From IMG/VR virus record IMGVR_UViG_3300028805_000081, positions 45,930 to 109,929 of that record: 64,000 bases of DNA; one strand, written 5' to 3'. Source of the DNA: a virus (lineage: Duplodnaviria; Caudoviricetes). Shown piece by piece: positions 1 to 9,979 of the stretch. Every line of letters starts with the position of its first letter. Within the stretch, counting starts at the first letter, position 1. The position numbers and the translations under genes are program-made. Under the pieces are notes generated by a model. The model searched no databases and had not been told where the DNA came from. It worked only from the letters and a program-made list of their open reading frames with translations.

Positions 1-11
1 GGTATGTTTAT

Positions 12-40
12 ATTATAGCAGTTAGTTGTCTGCTTGTCAA
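12..40 (-). promoter_or_regulatory. sigma-A promoter firing leftward out of the window
   Basis: Minus strand reads TTGACA-17bp-TATAAT with a TG extension. Confidence 0.8.
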
Positions 41-1913
41 CATAATTATGAAAATAATTTCAGAGTAGTTGGAAATGGTAATTAAGATCTGAGAAGTAAT
101 ACCTGTTTAACCCCCTAAATCCCCCTAAAAAATTAGGGGGACTAAGAGATAAGATTTTTTTGTTTGAGTTTCGTTTTTATTAAGGTCTGTAAAACACATA
201 GGTTTGTAGAGAAGTGTAGAAATATTATTTTTGTGTAAACAGTATCCCTACCGGGTAAAATATATGCCCCTTATCAGGGATAATACCGGGGATATTATTC
301 ATATATGTTCAAAAATATCTTCGTATATATTTCATATATACTCAGAAAATATATTTCACATATACTACGTATATGTTCAAGAATCAAGGTGTATTAGTCG
401 GTATAGTACACATATATTACGGTCTGAAATAGGGCGGAATTTAGCAAAACAGTGAATGTGGAATGTTTGTAGGAGATGTTAGATTGGCGTATTTTGGTGT
501 TGCTAGGGTGGAGAGGGGAGTGAGAAAGGAGATATTTTATGGTAAAACATACAGAAAAAAATGACTATTAGTCATAAATAATTGACCGTTGGTCAGTAAA
601 ATAAATCAGAAAATATTTGTCAGTATAGGTGAGATAAATTACGACCGGCAGGGCGTTACCAGTAGGCGAGTCAGGCTTTTAGGAGAGTGGCAGTAGGAAT
701 CTGACCGACAGGGCAGTGAGAATGGATTTTTGAGCGATGAGATGTGTGGGTAACATATATGATCGTTTTAGTTTATAAGTATACGTTTTGATGTAAATAT
801 AGCCCACCAAAAAGATTTCTAAGTCTAATTACATGTATAATTAGACATAGAGCGAGGCGGCTGCCGGGGTTGCAAGCTCCGGACTGTAGACGGGTACAAT
901 TGGCGGTTATCAGGTCGAAAAAATGCGGTTTTTGGGGTTGCTCCGTCAATGTCAGCACCTGATTTTTGCAACCTCACACACATTTCCCGTCAAAATCCCG
1001 GCTATTTCCCGCCTTCCGTCCCGGCTGACTCCGCCTAATATGCCTTATATAGTCCCGCCTATAACAGAAAATAGCCGATTGCAAGCCGATTTCAGCAGAA
1101 TTGCAAGTGCATTCATACTAATTGCAACCCGTCAAGCGTGACTATGCAAACCGATAATAACAGAATATCAGCAGAATATAACTGCTTTTCAGCAGAAAGC
1201 CCCGGCTATAATAGCAGAATACACACAATATTTTCTCGTTTCCCGCTGTCGGTGCGCTTGTTCAGGTGGCCGGCTGTTCTTTCAGGTGGTCAACCCGTCG
1301 CTGTCTGTCGTGATCAATAGCAGATTAAGAAGTATAACCGACTATTTCAGCAGAACAAAACACTGATATATAAGAAGTAGTCAAGCTGTTTCGGTGCTTT
1401 CCCGCTGTCGCTGCTCCTGATTCGGCTTTGCCGGTGTTACTGAAAACAAAACACTAATAAACCGGCTAACATTAAGAAGTAAACACACATAAAACAGTAA
1501 TATCATAACAGTAAACCGGTAACACTAACAGAATAGCAGCTACACACAAAGAGAACTGCATACTATAAGAAGTACACACACACAAAGAAGCATAACCCTG
1601 TTCGAGGCTGCCGCTTGTTCGGCTGTTTGTCGGCTTTCGGCTTTGCCGTTGGCCGGCTCTGTTCCGGTGGTTGCTCCTGTTGCCGTGTCCATGTGTTACG
1701 CCTTCGCCCTGTTGGGTGTTGTCTTCCGGTACGGGTGCATGATGTCCGGGCGTTATGCGTTCGGCTTGCCGTGTGTCTTGCGCTGTGGTCTATGTGTCGC
1801 TGCTTCTCGGTTGCTGTGCTGTGTTGTGTATGTTGTGCCGTGTGTGGTTCTTTAAGATCTTACCGCACAAAGAATATAACTATATACAGATAGCCGGTAT
1901 TAATCAGAATGCA

Positions 1914-1992
1914 AGCAAGCTATAATAAGCAATAGCAAGCTATAATAAGCAATAGCAAGCTATAATAAGCAATAGCAAGCTATAATAAGCAA
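1914..1992. repeat. tandem repeat, ~4 x 20 bp (AGCAAGCTATAATAAGCAAT)
   Basis: Identical head-to-tail units with no spacers. Confidence 0.95.
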
Positions 1993-2514
1993 GCCGAAAA
2001 CATAAACCGGATTACTGGAACGAAAACAGAAAATTAATATACCTGGCTAAAGTATCAACCCGGAAAATTCCCGGCTATAAACGGAAAATATAAAACGGCT
2101 GTTTGTGCCGGCTCTCTGTGGCTCTGTGGGCGTTCTGTGTGGCCTCTGAATAGCTTCTATCATTCAGAATATACAGATATATTATAAATGCTTTGCTGTT
2201 GCTCTGTGCGGTCTGTGGTGACGTTTCTGAGTGAATACAGATAAACTATCTATAAGGATAATAAACCGGTTTGTATGCCGTTTGTATTGCCGTCTGTGGT
2301 GCGTTCTGTGCCGTGTCTGAGATAGATATATATAACTTGTCCCGGTTTTTGCTTGTGGTGTCCTGTCGGGCGTGCTGGTGCGGTTGCTGTCGGTGCTGGT
2401 TTAAGATCTCGCCCGGAAAACAAATATAAAACCATACGGATATAAAAAAATAGAGTATACACAATAATAATAACTGTGCATACTCTTTAATATTAATATT
2501 AAATTGTATCAGGA

Positions 2515-2712
2515 TTAAAGATATATAACCGGGTTCGGCTGGTATCGTTTGCAAATATCGGTCGGCTTTACTCCGTCACTGTAACAACTATTTTTATATC
2601 CCTGATATAACAAGCAAGTTTTACAAGTCGGTTTCTGTTCGTGGATCTCTGCCCGGTGTGTGGTCTGTGATTCTGTGGTTGTCTGTGGCTTAGTGTTTGT
2701 GTTCTCGTTCAT
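2515..2712 (-). CDS. hypothetical protein with Cys-rich C-terminus
   Basis: AAGGAG RBS; last gene of the leftward operon. Confidence 0.6.
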   Translation of the reverse strand: MNENTNTKPQTTTESQTTHRAEIHEQKPTCKTCLLYQGYKNSCYSDGVKPTDICKRYQPNPVIYL

Positions 2713-2726
2713 GGCTTCTTCGCTCC

Positions 2727-3041
2727 TTATTCAATAACAATAAATTGTTCGGGTTTCCAATAACCTATCATTGAGTTAGTATTAATATAATAACGTGGTT
2801 CTGTCCCGTTTCCTGTGTCAGTTTGCGGTCTATATTCATAGTTTATTTTTATATACCGCTTATTGTCTACCATGTCCTTATATAATATATCAGGGTTCAG
2901 CTTGTCCGGGTGGGCTTTTAAAAGGTCTTGAAATATCGGTTGTGATATGAATTTATCAGCTATTGCCTTTGTAAATCTTTTGGTGCTGGCTGGTACTACA
3001 TAGAAACGATTTTTTAAAAATATTGCATAACCTGTTATCAT
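2727..3041 (-). CDS. hypothetical early protein
   Basis: AAAGGAG RBS; 104 aa ORF. Confidence 0.8.
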   Translation of the reverse strand: MITGYAIFLKNRFYVVPASTKRFTKAIADKFISQPIFQDLLKAHPDKLNPDILYKDMVDNKRYIKINYEYRPQTDTGNGTEPRYYINTNSMIGYWKPEQFIVIE

Positions 3042-3149
3042 GGTTTTAACTCCTTTCGGTTATGCCCGGAACAAATACAAATCATTCCGGGCGTGGTTCG
3101 TGGGTTTATGGGTTCATTCTTCCTCGCTTGCTGGCGTTCTTGCGGTATT

Positions 3150-3884
3150 TTATGCGGTTTCTTCTTTGATATGGTCGATAATTTCAGCGTGTCCGTTATA
3201 ATCTATAAATATATCTGCATTTCCCGGTCTGCAATTAATCGGCATGATAATTGCAATTGAATTGCCGTTAATGAGTGCCGCCGGGCGTTTGTTCTCCTGA
3301 ATGTGAATTGTTTTTGCTTCTGTAAATAGCATAGCGTCAATTAAATAATCAAGTCTAACCACAATATTATTATTAATATTAACTTTCAACGGTTCAGATT
3401 TTAATTTTCTGTTGGTGCTTTTATACTGGGCTTTTAAGATCTTTTCAAGGGCTTTCAGGTTTTCAGGGCTTTGTAAATAGTCCTCCGTTATCATGTCCGA
3501 GATTGAATTTAAAGAACTTTGGAAAGTGTTTAAATATTCGCTTTTAACGTCTGTTTGTGTTTCGTGGTCAGTATAATTCATAGTGGCGTATAATCTCCAA
3601 GGACTCGCAAATATTTGATACTGTTCTATTGTAAACGGCTTCGTCATAAATTTCATTTGTTCGGCTCTGTCTTGCTCGCCTCTACAATAAAGTTTTTCAT
3701 AATTATTCAGGCTTTCGTCAAGTACATTTTTAATTGCTTTTATGCGTCCATTGCTGCCGGTTTTCTTCTTGTCTGCTTCTTCAATAAGTTCTGTTTGAAG
3801 GTCATTTATAATTGCCTGAGCTTCAAATAAATCATGATTTTTAATAACAATTGTTAGGCGTTCAATAAGTTTTTCATTTTTCAT
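3150..3884 (-). CDS. hypothetical protein, C-terminus resembling a beta sliding clamp domain III
   Basis: AAAGGATG RBS; YLIDAM...PAALI...IIMPI resembles DnaN C-terminal YLLDAL...P...LIMPV. Confidence 0.6.
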   Translation of the reverse strand: MKNEKLIERLTIVIKNHDLFEAQAIINDLQTELIEEADKKKTGSNGRIKAIKNVLDESLNNYEKLYCRGEQDRAEQMKFMTKPFTIEQYQIFASPWRLYATMNYTDHETQTDVKSEYLNTFQSSLNSISDMITEDYLQSPENLKALEKILKAQYKSTNRKLKSEPLKVNINNNIVVRLDYLIDAMLFTEAKTIHIQENKRPAALINGNSIAIIMPINCRPGNADIFIDYNGHAEIIDHIKEETA

Positions 3885-3979
3885 TTTAATTTCATCCTTT
3901 CATACTGTGCCGGGATCGCTCCGAGGCGTGTTTATCGCTTGAGGCTTTCCCGGCTGCTGTGGCTTCCTGATTGTTTATA

Positions 3980-5017
3980 TTATAATATCGGGTTTAATTC
4001 CTTTGTATCTGCACTGTATAACCAAACTTTATTGCTTAGTGTGTCATCACCTCCGAAAATTCTATTAGTTTCTGTCACGTTTCTTTTTATGTTTTCGGGT
4101 TCAATACTGCCTTTTTTATGTGTCATTGCTTCATGTACACTAGTAAACGCTAAATAAAAATCAGAATTACCATAGAGTTTTGAAATCCTTTCAAGCGTTC
4201 CCGGAAGGAATGCCGCTATTGCTCCGTTTGTCTTTCGGTCTGTTGTCAAGAGTGCAATTCTGTCCGGGTTCAGCTCTTTAACTGTATAGCCTTTTTCCAT
4301 TAATGCGCATTCTTTAAATGGTGCGCCTTCAATGTCAAAAATATTAGTGTATAATCTCGGCTTGTAAATTCTGTTTGTGTTTTCAAGTGCGTTATTCAAA
4401 ATTTCTTCGGTGGTCTTGCCCCATGTTTCTGTAATGATTTCCGGGACTTTGATTGTGTTTAAAATGCCGTTTCCCTGATCGTCAAGAACAATTGCGTATA
4501 ATGTTAGTGCAATATCACCGATTTTATTATAAATATTTCCGTTTAACTTGCTTGCATTAATGTCATAATTAAGTGGTCTTAATATTAAACGGTCTTTTAT
4601 ATTTTCGTACTTGTCGAGGCTGTTTGCTGTGTCGTTTGCCTGATCTCTGATAAAAAGTGCATACTTTATATTATCTAATACTGTTTTAATAACTGCGCTT
4701 TCTCCGGCTTCGTTGTAAAGCTTTTTCAGGCTGTCAACCTTTAAAAATACGCTGTTTTTTGGCTGCTCCGGTGTGATTGAGTATACAAACATACTTATTA
4801 AAAGGCTTTCGCTCTCGGTATCGTTGCAATACTTTTTATTAATCACCTTAAAAAGCTCTTTTTCTGCTTCTGTCTGTGGCTCTGTGCCTTTGTAATAGCT
4901 TGTTAACTCTGCACCTGTATCAAGTATATCAGCGTTATTCATAAGTAAATCAATAATATAATTATATGTGCTGTCTGCTGTGGCTGCTGTTGGTCTGTGT
5001 TCGTTGTGGTTTGTCAT
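3980..5017 (-). CDS. DUF5688-like protein
   Basis: GGAGG RBS; ALENT / TNGA / FYLAFTSVHE / LSNKV motif pattern. Confidence 0.7.
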   Translation of the reverse strand: MTNHNEHRPTAATADSTYNYIIDLLMNNADILDTGAELTSYYKGTEPQTEAEKELFKVINKKYCNDTESESLLISMFVYSITPEQPKNSVFLKVDSLKKLYNEAGESAVIKTVLDNIKYALFIRDQANDTANSLDKYENIKDRLILRPLNYDINASKLNGNIYNKIGDIALTLYAIVLDDQGNGILNTIKVPEIITETWGKTTEEILNNALENTNRIYKPRLYTNIFDIEGAPFKECALMEKGYTVKELNPDRIALLTTDRKTNGAIAAFLPGTLERISKLYGNSDFYLAFTSVHEAMTHKKGSIEPENIKRNVTETNRIFGGDDTLSNKVWLYSADTKELNPIL

Positions 5018-5058
5018 GGTTAAATACCTCCGTTATAATTGTTTGTGGTTTCTTGGTT

Positions 5059-5499
5059 TTAATCTTCAAAATAATTAATTCGTGGCGGTTCTGTGTATGT
5101 TGTGTTATCGGTTGCCCTGATCGTCTGCACTTTGTACCGTGTCAAGCTTAAAATGTAGTTTAATTCCCATGTATACGGCTTTGCAATTGCCTTTAAATTT
5201 TCAGGGACTAAATTATAATTATGTCCGTCTGCTATTAAACTTTTACGCCTTTTATTTTCTTCAATTCTCCAAAGCTTAACCGCCTTTTTTAGCTTCCGAG
5301 GGTATGCAGTAAAGGTTGTTATTTTCTCGCCTGTTTCCGTGTCAATTAATAAATAATCTACGGTAAAAGCTAATCTAAACCGTCTGAAAAAAGGATCTTG
5401 TAAATCCGTTTCAATAGCTTTTCGTGTGGCTGGTTTAATGTAAGAAGTATAACTATAATTTTCAAGCGCTTTTTCTTTGAATTTTTCGAGGTGGTTCAC
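5059..5499 (-). CDS. hypothetical protein
   Basis: AAGGAG RBS; GTG start. Confidence 0.75.
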   Translation of the reverse strand: MNHLEKFKEKALENYSYTSYIKPATRKAIETDLQDPFFRRFRLAFTVDYLLIDTETGEKITTFTAYPRKLKKAVKLWRIEENKRRKSLIADGHNYNLVPENLKAIAKPYTWELNYILSLTRYKVQTIRATDNTTYTEPPRINYFED

Positions 5500-5506
5500 T
5501 GTGTTT

Positions 5507-5644
5507 TCACTCCTTAACTTTATTTACTGTAACATAATAACCGGTAAATGCTTCTGCGGTTGCTTTGACTTCTTCGGCTGGTTTGTATAATCTCGCTATT
5601 AGTGCGGGGCTTGTTGCGTCCTTGTATATGTCTATTCTATACAT
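5507..5644 (-). CDS. small hypothetical protein (45 aa, MYRIDIYKD...), below the ORF-track cutoff
   Basis: AAGGAG RBS; fills the gap in the operon. Confidence 0.65.
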   Translation of the reverse strand: MYRIDIYKDATSPALIARLYKPAEEVKATAEAFTGYYVTVNKVKE

Positions 5645-5651
5645 AATCAAT

Positions 5652-5933
5652 TCACTCCTTTTCAAGTTTCATTAGTTCCCATGTTTCGAGGTCATAATAA
5701 TTCAATATTTCATCATCCTCAATATAAAACGGTGTATTGTTATCACTGAGAATTATTATATAAGTTTCGCCCGGCTGGAGGCGGTCTGCGTATATCTCAA
5801 ATATCTCACCATTAATATTAAAGCTTGTGTCGCTGGCTGCCGTTCCGGTTTCCTGATATATGCCCGGTTCGATGTATTGGCATGATGTGCAAGCGGTTGC
5901 AATTAAAGCAAGTAAAGCAATTATTTTTTTCAT
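5652..5933 (-). CDS. putative lipoprotein / exported acidic protein
   Basis: MKK + hydrophobic stretch + lipobox-like ATAC/CTSC. Confidence 0.7.
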   Translation of the reverse strand: MKKIIALLALIATACTSCQYIEPGIYQETGTAASDTSFNINGEIFEIYADRLQPGETYIIILSDNNTPFYIEDDEILNYYDLETWELMKLEKE

Positions 5934-5948
5934 GGTCTTTTCATCCTT

Positions 5949-6236
5949 TCACTGTATACCGATTTTAATATTAAATTCTGCGTGCCTTGCGAGGTCGTAA
6001 ACTGCCGAAAAATTAATATCAAACGTATAATATAATTCTTCTTTCTGTTCTTCTGTCAGATTGTAAATGCTGTTTGTTATCGCTGCCCGTCCGCCTTCAT
6101 AAGCTTTGTCAAGCTGTTTTTGTGCCTGTTTTACTTCTTCAATGCTGTGCAAGTTCTCGAATATTGGCGAGGCTTTTGTGATAAGATCTTGAATATTTGA
6201 AATTATCCCGGCTTTTAATTTTGAAATGTCTTTCAT
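5949..6236 (-). CDS. hypothetical protein
   Basis: GGGAGG RBS; ATGA overlap with the upstream gene. Confidence 0.75.
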   Translation of the reverse strand: MKDISKLKAGIISNIQDLITKASPIFENLHSIEEVKQAQKQLDKAYEGGRAAITNSIYNLTEEQKEELYYTFDINFSAVYDLARHAEFNIKIGIQ

Positions 6237-6742
6237 GGTGTCATTGCCTCCCGCTGTATTTTCAATTCTGTTTCGAGTTCTTCAACGAATTTATAAAGAT
6301 TTTCTATCCCGTCTATGTCGTTTTCTTCTATGCTTTCTTTTATTTCTTCCTGATAATCATTTAACTTTGTTTCAAGCTTCTTAATATATTCAATGTGCCT
6401 GTCCGGGTGTCGTGTGTATCGGCTTTTTGCACGGTCTTTCATTTGCTGGAGTTTTTCAGCCTTGTATGCTTTGTTTGTTTCTTCGATTTCTGCCGGTGTC
6501 AAGCTAAAATTAATGGTGCTGCAACCATTTAATTTTGAATAGCTTAAAAATACTTGTCTGCCTTCCCACTGATAATAATAATTATCATGTTTATATGTTC
6601 CGCTGGCTGTTTCAATGTGTGCCGTGCTTCTCTGCATGTACTTAATACAAATAGCTGTTTGTTTCGCTGTGATCCATTTATCCCGGTTTGCTCCGGTCTG
6701 ATCAAATAAAGATCTTAAAAAAACATCATCAAACCATTTCAT
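6233..6742 (-). CDS. hypothetical protein with coiled-coil C-terminus
   Basis: GAGGAG RBS; directly downstream of the promoter at 6816-6844. Confidence 0.8.
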   Translation of the reverse strand: MKWFDDVFLRSLFDQTGANRDKWITAKQTAICIKYMQRSTAHIETASGTYKHDNYYYQWEGRQVFLSYSKLNGCSTINFSLTPAEIEETNKAYKAEKLQQMKDRAKSRYTRHPDRHIEYIKKLETKLNDYQEEIKESIEENDIDGIENLYKFVEELETELKIQREAMTP

Positions 6743-6815
6743 TTTTTAACACTCCTCAAACCTGTTGACGTGGTGGCGGTTTCCGGATCGCTCCGGATTT
6801 TCTTTTACTATCATT

Positions 6816-6844
6816 ATTATATCACTTTCCTCCGTCCACGTCAA
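6816..6844 (-). promoter_or_regulatory. early sigma-A promoter
   Basis: TTGACG-17bp-TATAAT; spacer TGGACGG shared with the 9295 promoter and similar to the 11104 promoter. Confidence 0.8.
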
Positions 6845-6911
6845 CACTTTTCAGGCGTGTTCTGTATGGTTTATGAGTTATATAATTATAACCTAAACTA
6901 TATAACTTTGT

Positions 6912-6995
6912 TTACTTCTTAAACTGTTCTATCGTTTCTAAAATGCTGGTGATGCTGCAAAAAATCAGCGAGGATATTAATAATATTAGTGTCAT
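6912..6995 (-). CDS. 27-aa hydrophobic peptide MTLILLISSLIFCSITSILETIEQFKK
   Basis: AAGGAGG RBS; ATGA overlap with the upstream stop; one TM helix plus KK tail. Confidence 0.65.
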   Translation of the reverse strand: MTLILLISSLIFCSITSILETIEQFKK

Positions 6996-7777
6996 GCTGT
7001 TTTATCCTCCTTGATGGCTTCAATGTTTTTCTTGATAGTATCAATAAAGGACTTTAATATATTAAAATCTGCATGATTTACAACTGTTTCTGCGGTTGCT
7101 GGGTTTAAGATCTCGTTTTCTATGTCCTTTATAAAAGGCGTATTTTTAAAAAGGTTTTTATTATTCTGCATTGATACATAGAAATAATTATATAAATTAT
7201 TCAAATGTACTTTTGTTAGTTGCTTCTGCTGTTCGGGCGTCAACCCGTTAAATTCTGCTGTTCTGTTGTACTGGGTATTATCCCACAAAGCTTTAAAAAC
7301 TGTATTATAATCAGGTATATTAATAAATATATGCTTTTCTTCTCGTTCTTCCTCGGTTAGTCTGCTATTAGCAAATATATTTATATTGTACTGCATACAA
7401 TCAATATAGCCTTTTATAATAGCGTCCTTTAGTTCGTCGGCTGCCTTTGGTCGCTTGTCGTGTAAACAGATTACGGTGTCATTATATCCAATGTTTTCAT
7501 ATGTTTTTCTGATAGTATAATTATTTATTTTTGCGTCCCTCCATATTTTTAATACTTCTTTTTCGTATGTTCTCGGGCGTGTTTCAGAATTATAAAACCA
7601 TTTGATAACTGTTATATTAATATCTCTTTCTTTTAAAAACTTTGTGGCTTTTTCTATAGCTTCGTGCATTTCCTGTATGTGTCCCGGGTTTGCTTCAATC
7701 CATGCTTTCACGTGGCTTTCAAGCCCTTTTACAGTTGCAATATAGTCAAGTTCTATTAATAACTTCCATTCTTTCAT
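6992..7777 (-). CDS. hypothetical protein
   Basis: GGAGG RBS supports the ATG at 7777 rather than the track start 7819. Confidence 0.8.
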   Translation of the reverse strand: MKEWKLLIELDYIATVKGLESHVKAWIEANPGHIQEMHEAIEKATKFLKERDINITVIKWFYNSETRPRTYEKEVLKIWRDAKINNYTIRKTYENIGYNDTVICLHDKRPKAADELKDAIIKGYIDCMQYNINIFANSRLTEEEREEKHIFINIPDYNTVFKALWDNTQYNRTAEFNGLTPEQQKQLTKVHLNNLYNYFYVSMQNNKNLFKNTPFIKDIENEILNPATAETVVNHADFNILKSFIDTIKKNIEAIKEDKTA

Positions 7778-7885
7778 AATTGTAGTACCTCCGTTTATTC
7801 TGATCACATTAGGCAACAAACAAAGATTATATTTCCCCGGTCGGGTTGTCTTTTGCTCGCTGCCTGTTGTGATTGTTGGTGTGTC

Positions 7886-7999
7886 TTACTTCTTTAAATC
7901 AACCTTTTTCTTTAAATCAACTCGGTACGGCTGCGGGTGCTGTCTGTCTGTGCTGCGTGTGCGTTTGGTCAGTGTGACCGGTTTTTTTAATGTTACCAT
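7886..7999 (-). CDS. 37-aa basic peptide (MVTLKKPVTL...VDLKKKVDLKK)
   Basis: AAAGGGG RBS; directly follows gene 8015-8251. Confidence 0.5.
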   Translation of the reverse strand: MVTLKKPVTLTKRTRSTDRQHPQPYRVDLKKKVDLKK

Positions 8000-8014
8000 A
8001 GTTTTAAACCCCTT

Positions 8015-8251
8015 TCATACTCTGTTTAAATAGTCCTCGATAAATGCGAGGGCGCTTTTCTGTGTCAGGTCGTGTGCGCTCGGTGTCTGTAGTCCGTCAA
8101 TCTCAAAACGGTAAACACTGGCTTTTGTTCTGTCCATCCATAATTTTAATCCGACTTTGTGCCCGTCAACTGTGTAATACTGGTTTATCCATGAGTTTTT
8201 ACAGTTTTTCATGTGGTTCTTGATGTGCTGCATAAATTCCGCTTTTGTCAT
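8015..8251 (-). CDS. hypothetical early protein
   Basis: AGAGGT RBS. Confidence 0.8.
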   Translation of the reverse strand: MTKAEFMQHIKNHMKNCKNSWINQYYTVDGHKVGLKLWMDRTKASVYRFEIDGLQTPSAHDLTQKSALAFIEDYLNRV

Positions 8252-8270
8252 TGTCTAATACCTCTATTAA

Positions 8271-8654
8271 TTATTTCTTAACTTTCATACTAATTTCTTT
8301 AATATCATTAAAATTGATATGTGGGCTGTATGGCTTCTTTGTTTCGTCAAGTTTCATTTCTATAAAATGTGGGTAAACTGTTTTTAAGTGTTCTATGTCT
8401 TGCATTAACTCGGTGTATTCTTCCGGGCTGAGATCCTGAAGGTGTTTATGATCCCATTTTAACCACATTTTCCGGGCTGTACCTTTTAAAAGTCTGTCTT
8501 GTGCCTGCCCGCCTGTTTTATAATCGGTTTTGGGTCTGTTGAATTCGTTTGCCGATGTGCTAAAATGTGCGCGTTTGTTAGTTGATAATGTATAGTAATG
8601 TATTTCAAATACTATCATTCTTGATACCATAAAGGCGTATAAAAATTCTTTCAT
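8271..8654 (-). CDS. hypothetical early protein
   Basis: GGAGGT RBS. Confidence 0.8.
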   Translation of the reverse strand: MKEFLYAFMVSRMIVFEIHYYTLSTNKRAHFSTSANEFNRPKTDYKTGGQAQDRLLKGTARKMWLKWDHKHLQDLSPEEYTELMQDIEHLKTVYPHFIEMKLDETKKPYSPHINFNDIKEISMKVKK

Positions 8655-8754
8655 ATTCTATTTACCTCCATTAATCACTTCTATAATTCAGCTGTACCGG
8701 GCTAACGCTCCGGTATCAGCTAAACTATAGATTTTTGTTTACTGGTTTTTAAAA

Positions 8755-9219
8755 TTAATCTGCATCGGCTGCCGGTTCAATGTTTTTGTAGGCTGCCTCG
8801 CCCATGTTGCACTGAATTTCAGTTAATACGTTACTGTATGCCGTGCCGAAGTGCTGAATACCTAACAAATACATGTCAAGTTTTTCATTATAGTAAACAA
8901 TTTCATTTGTAAAGTCTTTCAGGATATTTGCACCGGCTTCTGAGATAATAAACCATGTGTAAATCTCGTTATATTCCTCATGGTCATAATCCTCGCCCGG
9001 CTCAACTTCGTTCCCGTCTGCATCGTAATATGTGCAATCGCTGCCGTTTTCTATTTCCCAATAATCGCAAAATTCCGGAAGGGAAATAATTGTATTATTC
9101 ATTACGGCATCGAATGACTTTAAAAGTGTTGCATAATCAACCCGGTTATGCTCGATCCCATAGTCAGAAATTTTCTGACCGCAAAAATAAACTCCTGATA
9201 CACCTTTTAATCTTGGCAT
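8755..9219 (-). CDS. acidic hypothetical phage protein, first gene of the leftward operon
   Basis: AGGAGG RBS; D/E-rich. Confidence 0.85.
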   Translation of the reverse strand: MPRLKGVSGVYFCGQKISDYGIEHNRVDYATLLKSFDAVMNNTIISLPEFCDYWEIENGSDCTYYDADGNEVEPGEDYDHEEYNEIYTWFIISEAGANILKDFTNEIVYYNEKLDMYLLGIQHFGTAYSNVLTEIQCNMGEAAYKNIEPAADAD

Positions 9220-9294
9220 AATAAATTCCTCCTAAAAATTAACATGTGCGGCTTGTATTCGTTTCGGGCGTTCTATCCTTGCCCTGTGATTATA

Positions 9295-9322
9295 TTATAA
9301 ATCAATTTCCCGTCCATGTCAA
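9295..9322 (-). promoter_or_regulatory. early sigma-A promoter of the leftward operon
   Basis: TTGACA-17bp-TATAAT on the minus strand. Confidence 0.85.
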
Positions 9323-9979
9323 CACTTTTAAATAAAAATATATTGCTTGTGAGTAATAATATTATAACCTAACAGTTATATATACTATTATATAGGCTTT
9401 TCGTGGTTAGTTTGAGAAGTCCGGAAGGTTGCGGGTTCAGCTCTTGCCGGGATCAGATCAGCGGTGCATCGTGTGTGGCTTCTGCATCTGCTCCGGTGAT
9501 CGCTTGCGGGTGTCGGGATAATGCCCTCCGGGGTGTACATCTGCAAAAGCTCCGAATGTTTCCGGGTTGCTTCTTGCCGGGGTCAGTATTTCCGGGCGCA
9601 TGATCTCCGGTTGTCGGTGTCAGTGCTTAAAGAGTGCCGCCTTAATTGCTTGAGGTGGTGCGGTCTTTGCCGGCTGCCGTTGGTGCTGTCGGTATCTGCT
9701 CGGACTGGTTCAGGCGTTCCCGGTGGTTTCTGTGGGTTCTGTAGGCGTTCCCGGTGGGATCTCCGGAAGGTTTCGGGCGTTTCCGGGACTTCTGCCGGGT
9801 TTCCGTGGGTTTTCTGCCGGGGTTTCTGTCGGTGGTTGTCAACCTGTCCGAGATCTTGACCGGGATTTATTGGCATTTGGTTGGTAACTATAATACGCTA
9901 TAACTGGAGGAAAATGGATTGTCTAAGGGACTGGTAGGATGTGGGACTGCTGGTGGGTTGCGGCAGCTCCGTCCTTCTC

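Noticed and set aside
1914-1992. CRISPR array
   Set aside because: Units are contiguous with no unique spacers, and no cas genes are present
231-2554. ORFs in the left non-coding region
   Set aside because: No RBS, and low-complexity C/V/R or T/Q/H composition caused by strand skew
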